A stretch of 64,000 bases of DNA from a bacterium (GTDB lineage Bacteria; UBA8248; JACPRG01; G963555815): the NCBI GenBank assembly GCA_965261595.1, contig CBDHDG010000006.1, forward strand, positions 576,001 through 640,000, given 5' to 3'. Both the position numbers and the translations under genes were made by a program. The notes below the pieces were generated by a model, which searched no databases, had not been told where the DNA came from, and worked only from the letters and a program-made list of their open reading frames with translations. Below are positions 52,716 to 63,462 of the stretch, one piece after another (position 1 is the stretch's first letter; each line of letters begins with the position of its first letter).

Positions 52716-53044
52716 ATCATCAGGTGTCCACCAAACCGGGTCAACTCCAGATTGACCATGAACATGTCATGCGACCATATTCTCATCCTTCACCTCCCTA
52801 AATTGCCACCAAACGACAAACCAAGGGGCATCCCGCACTACGATATTTTGGCCGCGTTAAAAACAGACAAGATGGCGAAGGGGTGGAGTTCGCCGCACAA
52901 AGGGTGGGCCATTAGGCGTTGAGGTCCGGATTTGTGATTCAAAGCGCGAGACCTGACCCCATTCTATCTTTTCTCATACTACCCTCCGCGATGAATTCCT
53001 CTGACCGCTCTTCCATTCCTCTCAATGGATGCAAGCATCCATTA

Positions 53045-53836
53045 TTAATCGAACAAAACCTTTCCAACGCTGATGGTGGAACCATTAATTCCAACTTCAC
53101 GATATTGGAATCTGCCTCTACGGTTCTTCTCAGTCGTTTTACCGGAGGCCAGAATCCAATCTATGTCGTGATGGTCCTCCCACAAGTCGGACACATGCTT
53201 ATGTCCAAAACAGAGAACAGTCGTCCTGCCGGCCAAGATCTCCATAACCTTGGTGGCATCCTCCATTTCGAGCGTAAAGTTCCTCATGAATGGATGATGA
53301 TGAAAGTGCACAACTTTATGCTATTCAGGGTTTTCCAACAGAATCTTCGCCAAAGCATTCCGTTGCTTCTTTCCGATCTCACCAGTTGCAAATGTAATCC
53401 CCTCTTCAACCAGATTTGTATAAACAGAATCTAACCCAATAAACACAATTCCATTGACCTGCCGGGTCTTTGGATAAATTTCATCGATTGGCTTGTTCTC
53501 ATGGTCATCACCCAACAACTCCTCATGGATATACTTCTGAAACCGTCTAGCTGCTGCTTGGTTATAATTCATCCCCCATCGGCCATAATCGTGATTCTCG
53601 GGGGTAGGCAAAATCTGAAATTCGGCTTCCACGAGAGGCGTTAGAATTTTCACGGCGTTCTTGTATTGGTTGGTTTTACCGTCATCTACAATATCTCCCG
53701 TGAGGAGAATTAGAGGCTTCTGATCGTTGGAATATCGCTCGCCGATCCAATCCACAATGATCCGCGCGTTCACGTTTTCATCCCTTTTCATTGATCCACG
53801 GATGTGTAAGTCACTAAGATGAATGAAGCTGGTCAT
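53045..53836 (-). pseudogene. Calcineurin-like metallophosphoesterase with an in-frame TAG (53321-53323)
   Basis: HLSDLH, TGDIVD, ENHD (usually GNHD), HHHP and GHKH motifs are spread across two in-frame ORFs. Confidence 0.75.
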
Positions 53837-54291
53837 TTCTATTTCTCCTTTGTATTACGGGATGGAGTCAGGTGTCCAATCTCAACAGTCGTGTGATTTG
53901 TCTCTAACCTCTGTTTGGAACGACCGAACGGCTCCGCATTTATCGAGCTGATTGGGTCAGGTTTCACATTCTCACATCTTCGAGGGGCCGTCGAATTTCC
54001 ATTCTGCACATCCGAGCGGCATCTAATTCACCCCGCAGAACTCACTGATCTCTTTCATCGAGTAAGCGCCGGAACGATTCAGCATGGCCATCGCTTCATC
54101 CCGCTGGGAATACTCCCCTAATACACACCGCTACGTACGAAGGTCGATCTCCGGGATAGAAACAGCGGGGGCGGTATTGCTCACATGCGTTGAAATATAA
54201 GATTTGACTTCTACCTCCCTTCCGACTTTTATATCCCGCCCTGAGAAAATCACATTGATCCGGAATCGCTTTGGCCGAGAGGACTGTGATT

Positions 54292-54915
54292 TTAGAATCT
54301 GAAGCCCGCACCTATGGAAAAGAGAAGGAAAACATCACCTTCTTCTTTGTCTGGCCCAGTCGCATTCACCCCGACCCCGATATTTACCAAATCCCGAAGG
54401 AATCCCACCACGAGTGCTGGTTGGAGTAATACTTCAGACTCCTTTTCCGCCTTGGATGCAAATCCAATCATTGAAATCGGGAAAAGTGGGAAGGCTACCT
54501 TCCCTGCCTCTGGATTTTCATCTACAGACTGGGCGTCAAACGTGGTTGCGCGACACTTTGGTTTTACATAGTCTATATCTTTGAAAGTATTTCCATCCTT
54601 ATCTTTTACAGTTGGCAACCAAATCGATGGGTAAAAACGAAAAGCGATCCCTGCCCCGATGCCCAACGCGTTTATAGAGGTTTTGCCAGAGGCTAAATTG
54701 TGGCGAATTAATTGGGCAGATACGGTAGTCCCCACCGTCCAGTGCTTGGTAAAAACGTCACCACTAGGCGGAGCTACGTCCTGTACTTTACGTAGGCAAT
54801 CGGCGCACCGTGCCTGTTTAGGGTCTGCTTTTGTTTCCCCAGCCATTGATGACAAGGCGAAGCAGATAGGGAAAAAGGAAAGCTACAAACTGGTGAATAT
54901 TTTTTTACGACTCAT
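54292..54915 (-). pseudogene. Hypothetical exported / outer-membrane protein with an in-frame TAG at codon 11 (54883-54885)
   Basis: ATG at 54915 after GGAGG gives MSRKKIFTSL*LSFFPICFALSSMA (signal-like). The protein ends SIGAGFRF (C-terminal Phe). Confidence 0.55.
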
Positions 54916-55337
54916 CCCTCCAGATTTGGCACATGTGAATGACGTCGCTGCCTTAAGTCCAAAGTAGACAGCGCAACCTGCTCCAAGCCAGAATTAGGGA
55001 CCTTGGGAAATCATGGGGCACCCGCGATCAAGCCAGGCCGCAATCGCACCGACTCCCAAGCTCCTCCTTCATCGTCCGGAGAACCACGTAGATGCGTGAA
55101 ATCGTATCTCGAATTGTCGAGCGGGTGATGCCCTGACCTATGGTCGGATAATGTCGGGTATGCATGGGTCCCCCCCCGGACCTGGATCACCTTCGGTTGC
55201 CCGCCTGTGCGGCGGATATGACACCATCAAATTTGGGGACGGATGATTTTTTAATGTAGAAATCCTACCGAGACAGAGGCATCGTGTCAACAGGTAGTAG
55301 TAGTAAAAAAATATTAACATGATCAAAAGGGATTAAC

Positions 55338-57032
55338 CCCGCATTTCCCATATGGATGATAATTTTTAACGCCCCGAAGGCCGTTTTCTCGTGTAAAATC
55401 AAGGTGTTGGCCTCTCCCTGCCATCATCTTGCGAGGGGACCCGATGGGTGAAGCGAAAAAGAGGCCGTTGAGGCTCCAATTCGACGGTCGGCTCAGGCTG
55501 GAGTTTCACGGAGCAAAGGTTACGAGTGACGCCGGTTTGCTTGCCTATCGTGAACTGGATGAGGTGTTGGGGCTGACGAAGGCGGCCGAGGGGTTTCTGT
55601 CCGATTCACGGACGGGCGGGAACACCCGGCACAGCCTCACCGCTTTGGTGCGCCAGTCGGTCTACAGCCGCCTGGCAGGATATAAAGACACCAATGATGC
55701 CGAGCGGCTCTGTGTCGATCCCGCCATGCGTCAGGTGGTTGGGGGGCGAGCGAAGTATCACACCGCTGCCTCCACCAGCCAGATGAGCCGATTCGAGACG
55801 CAGACCCTCACCCGGCCCCTTAACCCCTCAAGGCGCTGAGCGGTCTGCCCGGTGTGTTGGTGGATCGTGTCCGCAAACGCAAGCCGATTCGCAAGCTGAT
55901 CCTGGACATGGACAGTTCGGTCAGCCCGACCCACGGTGAGCAGGAAGGCTCTTCCTACAACGGCCACTTCGGCTGCACCTGCTATCACCCACTGTTTTGC
56001 TTCAACCAGTTTGGCGATCTGGAGCGGGCGCTGTTGCGCAACGGCAAGGTCCACAGCGCTGATGACTGGTGGTCTGTATTGGAGCCGGTGGTAGCTCGCT
56101 ACCGGGATGCGAAGGTCTGTCGGTTTTTTCGAGGCGACGCGGCATTTGCCAAGCCGGAGGTGTACCGATACCTTGAGGCGGAGGGCTACTCCTATGCGAT
56201 TCGGCTTCCGGCCAACGCCATCTTGTACAGGGACATCGAATGCCTTCTGACCCGGCCGGTTGGCCGACCGCCCAAAAGGCCCATTATCTTCTACCACAGC
56301 GTCTCCTATCAGGCGGCTAGTTGGGAGAAGCCTCGCCGGGTGGTGGTGGCGGTCGAGTGGCACCAGGGCGAGTTGTTTCCAAGAGTCAGCTTCATCGTGA
56401 CCAACCTGCACTGGCGGGAAGAGAACGTCGTGAGGTTCTACAACCAGCGTGGGACGGCGGAGCAGTGGATCAAGGAGGGCAAGTACGCCCTGAACTGGAC
56501 GCGCCTGTCCTGCCACGGCTTTGAAGAGAACCAGGTTCGCTTGCAACTATTTGCCTTGGCGTACAACCTGGCAAACTTCCTGCGGCGGCTGGCGTTGCCC
56601 AGAGCGGTGAAGCACTGGTCGCTGACGACGTTACGCGAGAAGCTGATTAAGATTGGGGCCAAGGTGGTCACCCACGCCCGGCACACCACCTTCCAGATGG
56701 CCGAGGTGGCCGTGCCGCGTCAACTGTTCAGGGCAATCCTTGAACGAATTCGACGGTTGTGGTTACCGCCTCCCGTACCAGATACCGGATGACGGAGCAG
56801 ATGGCCCGGAAGCTTAGTGACGTGGTGGAGACGGGGGATCAGTCTGTGCCGAACTCCCCTGAGTGTGCCGGTAGAGCTGGGTTTTCAAGGGATTGCGGCT
56901 TTAGGACGGCCGTTGCCCCTCGATTGAGCAGAGGGTTCTGCAAAGAGACCCTGAATCTGTAGTAAAATGGGGTACTTTGATGACACAGGAGGACCGCAGG
57001 ATGGCTAAGAGTGGTCATCTGGGAAATCCCGG
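55338..57032 (+). mobile_element. IS1380-family element; transposase (55444-56792) frameshifted near 55825
   Basis: TSDAGLL, LDMDSS, FRGDAAF, YNQRGTAEQWIKEGK and LREKLIKIGAKVV motifs; IRs cccgcatttcccatatg / ccgggatttcccagatg. Confidence 0.9.
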
Positions 57033-57034
57033 TT

Positions 57035-57641
57035 TAAATCAAGACAACTCTTGTATTGACCACCCGTTGCTCTTTAACTCAATTAGAGCCCTCTTTACCG
57101 GGGCTGTCAACACCATTTCGGGCGCCTGAAACCCTGATCGGAGCGGTATCCGCCATTGGAAAACCATGTCAGCGCCGGCGTGTAAACGGGCTTGACCACC
57201 AGGTTTGGAGTCTTCGTCATTTTGCCCTTGTGTGGACTCCGCTTAGGGTCGCTAGACAGGCACCGGGCATCATCGCTTGATTCTCTCCAAGATAAGGGCA
57301 AATGTCTTCCTGGATACACCGACCTCGGCCAACTGGAAGGTGATGTGGCGGGCGTACCGCACGAGCCGGCCGCCCATTTTGAGGAGCTTAAGCTGAAGGC
57401 CGCGTAACGACCAGTGCTTGATCCCTCTCGGCAGGCCAGCAATCCCGCATCCGAAGTCATTCTGGTTCCGTGAAACTCAAGCCTCAGCCGACGCTCAAAA
57501 CGGACCTTCAACGCCCACTTTTTCGCTTCACCCATTGGATTACCCCGCGAGAGGATGGCTCGGGGAGGCTCATGCATTGATTTTACTCCAGAAAATGTCC
57601 TCCGGTCCGACAAAAGTTATGATCCATATGGGATATCTGGG
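57035..57641 (-). mobile_element. Internally deleted IS1380 derivative (non-autonomous)
   Basis: Left IR cccagatatcccatatggat. The N-terminal MGEAKK...[11 protein letters not shown] is joined directly to the C-terminal HWSL...RHARHITFQLAEV. Confidence 0.85.
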
Positions 57642-58066
57642 TTAACTTAGTCCATCCGTGTATGGACGGAAAATATAATTAGGCAAACAACTTGATTGCA
57701 GTTCTGGGTTTGATCTTGATAAGTCATTGAAAAACAGCGATGAATGGAATACACAGCCGCGCCTCGTATTCCTCCAGAACCCGTTGGCCCGATCCGAAAA
57801 CGGCGTTGTGAACCCAACGGGACCGCCGCCATGCGTCGAATCGCGTGGTGAGGCGCTCACCGGGGCTCAACTGGTCCTTGAGTCGGTGTAAGTCCTTTGT
57901 CGGAAGGACGATACGGGGGGGGAGGGGGGCGCGCTCCCGACGAAAATGACCGCCGCTGGCCGTGAAATTTCCCTCACCGCCGGTTTGTTGGATATACTGG
58001 CTCCCTTGACGGAGAGCGACAATGCCGGAGATTTCTTCCGCCGACTTTGGCCCTTGAGGATTCTCG

Positions 58067-59248
58067 ATGATGCTGGACATGAAAAGGAGAGTTGGGATGC
58101 CGACCGACGCGAACCGGGGCTTGGCCCGGGCGGCGGCGGAGTGGCTCGTCAGGCTCCTCATCCCCGTGATTATCTCCGGGTGCGTGACCGCCCCGAACCC
58201 CCTGGGCGCACAAGAGATCCGGGAGAAGATCCGCCTCCCGAAGGGTTTCCGGATCGAGGTCTTCGCGAAGGGGCTCAGAAGAAAAGCGCGCTTCATGGCC
58301 TTCGACGCCAAGGGGAACCTCTACGTGACGCTGGCCCGATCCGGACGGGTCGCCGTCATGCCCGACCGGAACAAAGACGGCCGGGCCGATTCGGTCATCC
58401 CCTTCGCGACAGGTCTGCGGTCGCCCCACGGGATCGACGTCCGGGACGGATGGGTCTACGTCGGCGAAACCGACGGCGTCGTCCGCCTCAAGGACCTGGA
58501 CGGGGACCTGCGGGCCGACCTGAAGGAAAAAGTCGTGGGCGGACTTCCCACAGGCGGCCATTGGACCCGGACCGTCCGCTTCGGCCCGGACGGCAAGCTC
58601 TACGTCTCCATCGGCTCAAGCTGCAACGTCTGCGTCGAGACCGACCCGCGCCGGGCGGCCGTCGTCCGCTACACGCCCGACGGAAGGGAGGAGGAGGTCT
58701 TCGCCGCGGGCCTGCGCAACTCCGTCGGCATCGCCTGGCGCCCCGGAACGAGCGAGTTGTGGGCGGTGAACAACGGCCGGGACTGGCTGGGGGACAACCT
58801 GCCCCCGGAGGAGATCAACATCGTCCGCCCGGGACGCCACTACGGCTGGCCCTACTGCTACGGAAACCGCGTCCCCGACGCCAAATACGGCCGGAAAGAC
58901 TTCTGCGCCCGGAAGACCGAGCCGCCCGTCTTCAAGATGCAGGCCCACTCGGCCCCCTTGGGGCTGGCCTTTTACACCGGCAAGATGTTCCCCGCCGATT
59001 ACCGGGGTGACCTCTTCATCGCCTTCCACGGCTCCTGGAACCGGACCGTCCCGACGGGCTACAAAGTCGTCCGGGTCCGGATCAAGGACGGGAAACCGGC
59101 GGGGATCGAAGACTTCGCGTCCGGCTGGCTCGACGGCTTCAAGGTCCACGGCCGGCCCACGGACGTGATCGTCGGACCCGACGGCGCCCTGTTCGTCTCG
59201 GATGACGGCGCGGACCGGATCTACCGGATCTCGTATGCCCCGCGCTGA
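58067..59248 (+). CDS. Sorbosone / PQQ-dependent sugar dehydrogenase-family beta-propeller protein
   Basis: GHWTR, SIGSSCNVC, GLRNSVG, YGWPYCY, AHSAPLGL and HGSWNR motifs; start uncertain. Confidence 0.88.
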   Translation: MMLDMKRRVGMPTDANRGLARAAAEWLVRLLIPVIISGCVTAPNPLGAQEIREKIRLPKGFRIEVFAKGLRRKARFMAFDAKGNLYVTLARSGRVAVMPDRNKDGRADSVIPFATGLRSPHGIDVRDGWVYVGETDGVVRLKDLDGDLRADLKEKVVGGLPTGGHWTRTVRFGPDGKLYVSIGSSCNVCVETDPRRAAVVRYTPDGREEEVFAAGLRNSVGIAWRPGTSELWAVNNGRDWLGDNLPPEEINIVRPGRHYGWPYCYGNRVPDAKYGRKDFCARKTEPPVFKMQAHSAPLGLAFYTGKMFPADYRGDLFIAFHGSWNRTVPTGYKVVRVRIKDGKPAGIEDFASGWLDGFKVHGRPTDVIVGPDGALFVSDDGADRIYRISYAPR

Positions 59249-60413
59249 AACTCCCGGACCGGACCAGAAGACCCTCCTTCGCATCCAAAGGGCCCTGTTG
59301 GCGTGGTACGGCCGGGAAAAGCGGGACCTCCCCTGGCGGCGCACCCGGGACAAGTACCGCGTCTGGGTCTCCGAGGTCATGCTCCACCAGACCCGCGTAG
59401 AGACCGTCATCCCCTACTACGAACGGTTCCTGAAGCGGTTTCCCGATGTCGGCACACTCGCCCGCGCCCGCCTGGAGAGCGTCTTCAAGCTCTGGGAAGG
59501 TCTCGGCTACTACGGGCGGGCGCGAAACCTCCACCGGGCGGCGAAGGTCGTGGTTCGGGAGCACGGCGGACGTCTTCCGGCCGACCCCGGTCGGCTTTCC
59601 CGCCTCCCCGGAATCGGCGCGTACAGCGTGGGGGCCATCCTCAGCATCACCGAGGATCTCCCCCTGCCGGCCGTGGACGGGAACATCCGGCGCGTGCTCT
59701 CCCGGCTGTTCGGCGTGGACGCCGACACGGCCGAAGCCGGAACCCGCCGGCTCGTCGAGGCGCTCGCCAAACGGCTCGTCTCGGCCGGACGGCCCCCCCG
59801 GTCGGGCGACGTGAACCAGGCCCTGATGGACTTGGGGGCGGGGATCTGCGTCCCCCGAAACCCGAAGTGTCCGCGCTGCCCGCTCCGGCCGCGGTGCGCG
59901 GCCCGGATCGGCGGCGCGGAAAAAGAGATCTCCGGCGCGCTTCCCAAACCGGCCCCCCGGGCGGTCGCGTTCTCCTGCGCGCTGGCTCGCCGCCGGGACG
60001 GGAAGGTGCTGTTGGCCCGGAACCCGGCGGAGGGTCTTTTCGGCGGTCTTTGGGAGCTCCCCGGCGGCGCGTGCCCGCCGGGAGAATCCCCCGCCGACGC
60101 CCTCCCCCGGCTGCTCCTCGAGCGGGCGGGGCTTCGGGTCCGCGCGGGCGAGGCCCTGGGGGAATTCACGGCGACGCTGACCCATCGGCGCATCACCTAT
60201 CACGTCTTCAAGGTTGCGGGCGTCCGGGCCGAGGGCGCGCCCGCGGCCTACGCCGAAATCCGGTGGGTCCGGCCGGACGCCCTGGCTCGGCTCCCCTTCT
60301 CGAAAGCCCAGCGCGGAATTCTTGAAAAACTCCTCCCCTCCCCCTCCCGGCCTGACGGCTTGGCGCGTGAGCCGGAAGGAGGCGCGGGACCAGCGTCCCG
60401 GGGGGGGCTTTGA
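59235..60413 (+). CDS. mutY: A/G-specific adenine glycosylase MutY
   Basis: RDLPWR, VWVSEVM, WEGLGYY, HhH LPGIG, VDGN and [4Fe-4S] C-x6-C-x2-C-x5-C, plus a NUDIX-like C-terminus. Confidence 0.93.
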   Translation: MPRAETPGPDQKTLLRIQRALLAWYGREKRDLPWRRTRDKYRVWVSEVMLHQTRVETVIPYYERFLKRFPDVGTLARARLESVFKLWEGLGYYGRARNLHRAAKVVVREHGGRLPADPGRLSRLPGIGAYSVGAILSITEDLPLPAVDGNIRRVLSRLFGVDADTAEAGTRRLVEALAKRLVSAGRPPRSGDVNQALMDLGAGICVPRNPKCPRCPLRPRCAARIGGAEKEISGALPKPAPRAVAFSCALARRRDGKVLLARNPAEGLFGGLWELPGGACPPGESPADALPRLLLERAGLRVRAGEALGEFTATLTHRRITYHVFKVAGVRAEGAPAAYAEIRWVRPDALARLPFSKAQRGILEKLLPSPSRPDGLAREPEGGAGPASRGGL

Positions 60414-60427
60414 GGACGGCGGCCGGC

Positions 60428-60436
60428 TGGTATAAT
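60428..60436 (+). promoter_or_regulatory. Extended -10 promoter (TGnTATAAT)
   Basis: tggtataat, about 140 nt upstream of the acyl-CoA ligase start. Confidence 0.55.
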
Positions 60437-60573
60437 GCACGCGGAAACCAAGTCCCTTCCAGGCGGCGCACCGAAGGGGAGAGGCGGCAACGTCCCCCAA
60501 TAACGGGTTGCGAGCGCTAGCGTCCACAGACGATTCCGATCACGAGGACGAGTCCTCATGGAGGAGACAGGAG

Positions 60574-62097
60574 ATGACGCTCCAGGAAGTCCTGGAAAGA
60601 ACCGCGTGGAGGGTGGGGTCCAAGACCTTCCTGTATTGCGACGATGAAGAAATCACGTACGAGGCCGCGGTCGAGCGGAGCCGGAAAATAGCCGGGGCGC
60701 TGGCTTCCTTCGGGGTCCGGAAAGGGGACCGGGTGGGGTTTCATTCGGTCAACTCCATCGACTTCGCCCTGGCGATGTACGGATGCTGGAACCTGGGCGC
60801 CATCGCCGCCCTGATCGACCCCCGCAACGGGCCGACGCTGGATTACTACGTCAACGACGCGGACCCCCGGGTCCTCCTCTTCAGCCGGGGGCTGGCCGGG
60901 CAGGTGGAGCGGAAACGGAAAGAGATGAAGGGCGTCCGGCGCTTTGTCTGCTTCGACGGGCCGGGAAAGGGGGTCCGGGGCGCGGTGGGCTGGAGGCAGC
61001 TCGTCCGGGCCTCCAAGCCGGTGCGCAAAGACGTGAAGGACACGGACCCCTGCCACCTCTCCTGGACCTCCGGGAGCACGGGACTCCCCAAGGGCGCCGT
61101 CCTGGCCCACGAGCCGACGGCCACGGCCACGTCCTGCATCGCCGAGCGCATTCATCTGCGCCAGGACGAGGCGACCCTCGGGCCGACGGGCCTCAGCTCC
61201 TCCTATCACCTGGTGGCGAACCTGCTGCCCGGCGCGGCGCGCGGCTGCACCGTCGGGTTCATGTCCGTTTTCGATCAGACCGAGGCCTGGAAGATCATCC
61301 GCAAGCGGAAGGTGAATGTCTTTGTCGCCAACCCCCTGCTTCTGACCGATCTCTACAACGAGTGGCGCGACAAGAAGCTCAACAAGGGGACCCTGCGCAT
61401 CACGGTTTCGGGCGGAGGGCCCGTCCCGCCCGACCTGAAACGGGTCTATCAGGAAAAGATGAAGGTCCCGCTGGTGGAGAGTTTCGGCCAGAGCGAGCTC
61501 GGCGGGTTCGTGGCGCTGGGAGACCCGGCGCCGTACAGCCGGAAACATTTCTCGGCCATCGGCCGGCCCCTGCCGGACAAGGAAGTCATCATCGGCGACG
61601 AGAACGACAAAGAGCTGCCCATCGGCCGGGTCGGCGAGATCCTGATCCGGCGCGGGTTCATGTGGGGTTACTGGCGGCGGGACACCGCGACGAGAAAGGC
61701 CCTCAAGAACGGGTGGCTTCACACCGGAGACGTGGGCAGAATGGACGAAGACGGGTTCGTCTTTCTCATGGCGCGGAAGAGCGAGCAGATCCGCTGGGGC
61801 AAGAAAACCGTTTATCCCCGCGTCGTGGAAGAGGCCCTCTACTTCAACCCGGCCGTTCAGTACTCGGCCCTGATTCCGGTCCGCGATCGGAAAATGGGGG
61901 AGATCCCCAAAGCCATCGTCTCCCTCTATCCGAGGAAAAAGACGACGGAAAAGGCGCTGCGCGAAACCGTCCGGAAGCGCCTCGGCGCCGGGGAGATCCC
62001 CCCCGTGTTCGAGATCCTGGACGAGATGCCCATGACCGTAACCGGGAAGATCAACAAGACCGCCCTTCGGGAGCGGGAGCGGAAGCTCAAGAAATAG
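60574..62097 (+). CDS. AMP-binding acyl-CoA synthetase family protein
   Basis: WTSGSTGLPKG, FGQSE, WLHTGD and TGKINK motifs. Confidence 0.9.
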   Translation: MTLQEVLERTAWRVGSKTFLYCDDEEITYEAAVERSRKIAGALASFGVRKGDRVGFHSVNSIDFALAMYGCWNLGAIAALIDPRNGPTLDYYVNDADPRVLLFSRGLAGQVERKRKEMKGVRRFVCFDGPGKGVRGAVGWRQLVRASKPVRKDVKDTDPCHLSWTSGSTGLPKGAVLAHEPTATATSCIAERIHLRQDEATLGPTGLSSSYHLVANLLPGAARGCTVGFMSVFDQTEAWKIIRKRKVNVFVANPLLLTDLYNEWRDKKLNKGTLRITVSGGGPVPPDLKRVYQEKMKVPLVESFGQSELGGFVALGDPAPYSRKHFSAIGRPLPDKEVIIGDENDKELPIGRVGEILIRRGFMWGYWRRDTATRKALKNGWLHTGDVGRMDEDGFVFLMARKSEQIRWGKKTVYPRVVEEALYFNPAVQYSALIPVRDRKMGEIPKAIVSLYPRKKTTEKALRETVRKRLGAGEIPPVFEILDEMPMTVTGKINKTALRERERKLKK

Positions 62098-62310
62098 TTT
62101 CGCCCGGGGAGAGCCCGGCGTTTTTCAGATTCAGTCCCCGCCGCCGCGTACGGTTTCCGGGTTGATGGCCCCGGAGGCGCCTTGCCGCGCGGCCGCGGAT
62201 CACGGGGCGGATGACCCGTTCGCGGGAGTCATGCTCATCCCCCCGCCATTTCCACGCCCCGCGGCCTAACCCGTCCGGGACCACGGGCGCGATCACCCAA
62301 GGAGCATGCC

Positions 62311-63420
62311 ATGGCCAAGATTGCCGTCATGGGCGGGGGCGGGGGCGGGCAGACCATCGCCGCCGATCTGACACTGGACGGCCACTCCGTCCGACTCTTC
62401 GAGCATCCCAAATTCGCCGCCGGCCTTGCCGCCGTCCGCAAAAAGGGCGGGATCACCGCCTCGGGAAGCGGGCGGGACCGGGACTTCGCGAAGATCCACC
62501 TCGTAACCACCGATGCGAAACGGGCCGTCCGGGGCGCGGACGCGATCATCGTCGTCGTCCCCTGCTTCGGCCACGGGCCCATGAGCGAGGCCATCCTCCC
62601 TCACCTCTCGGACGGCCAGACCGTGGCCTTCCTCGGCGAAGGGAGCGGTTCTCTCGTCTTCCGGCAAATGCTCCTGAAGAAGCGGAAGCGCCTGAAGATC
62701 GTCTACGGCGAGACGAACACCCTGCCCTACCTGACCCGGATCAGCGGGCCGGCCCAGGTTACGTTGATGCGCAAGCGCGGCGGCACGCTGGCCGCGGCCT
62801 TCCCGGCGAAGGACAACAAGCGTTTCGTCGGAACCCTCCAGGAGCTCTGGCCGTACATCGAGCCGGCGACGCACGTCTTCGAGACCGTCCTGATCAACTT
62901 TAACGCCATCGATCACGTCTCGGCCTGCCTGTTCAACGCGGGCGCCATCGAGGGGGGGACCACGCCCTTCCTCCTCTGGGGGCAGGGGGCGACGCCGTCC
63001 GTGGTGCGCTGCATCGAGGCCGTCGACGAGGAGACCCTCGCGCTGCGCAAGGCCCTGGGCTGCAAGGATTTCTCCACGTACAAGGATTTCCTCTACCGCC
63101 AGGGGATGGTCGAGAACCGGCAGCGAACGACGTATGACGCCATCCACAAGGGTTTGGGCGGCAAGGGCACTTACCAGTGCGGGCCGGAGGGCCTGAAGTT
63201 CCGCTACGTCACCGAGGACGTGCCGTACGCCCTGGTCCTCCTCAGCGACATCGGCGGGCTGCTGGGGATCCCGACGCCGATGAACGACGCCCTCATCACC
63301 GTCGCCTCCGTGATGAACGGGGACGATTACCGGAGCTGGGGCCGGACGCTGAAGTCCCTCGGCCTGGACCGGCTGACGAAGCGGAACGTCCGGGGGTTCC
63401 TCCGGACGGGCGAGATCTGA
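62311..63420 (+). CDS. NAD/NADP octopine/nopaline (opine) dehydrogenase family
   Basis: IAVMGGGGGG Rossmann motif, ETNTLPY, RYVTEDVPY and GRTLKSLGL. Confidence 0.88.
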   Translation: MAKIAVMGGGGGGQTIAADLTLDGHSVRLFEHPKFAAGLAAVRKKGGITASGSGRDRDFAKIHLVTTDAKRAVRGADAIIVVVPCFGHGPMSEAILPHLSDGQTVAFLGEGSGSLVFRQMLLKKRKRLKIVYGETNTLPYLTRISGPAQVTLMRKRGGTLAAAFPAKDNKRFVGTLQELWPYIEPATHVFETVLINFNAIDHVSACLFNAGAIEGGTTPFLLWGQGATPSVVRCIEAVDEETLALRKALGCKDFSTYKDFLYRQGMVENRQRTTYDAIHKGLGGKGTYQCGPEGLKFRYVTEDVPYALVLLSDIGGLLGIPTPMNDALITVASVMNGDDYRSWGRTLKSLGLDRLTKRNVRGFLRTGEI

Positions 63421-63462
63421 TTCCGGCCGGGAAACTTCCCGATTCCGCAAGGGAGATCAACT

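Larger units (their letters stand above)
50082..52749 (-). mobile_element. IS3-family element (outer), interrupted by a second IS3
   Basis: Terminal IRs tggacttaccccggtttcgtgga / tggagttgacccggtttggtgga; orfA 52377-52715 and orfB 51517-52380 (WVADIT, HHSDQG, ESFF DDE motifs). Confidence 0.9.

Noticed and set aside
49975..52790. A 47-aa gene (MRIWSHDMFMVN-PVKHGDFNN...) split by the outer IS3
   Set aside because: The flanks join in frame and an RBS exists, but there is no target duplication or recognisable family, so it could be chance.
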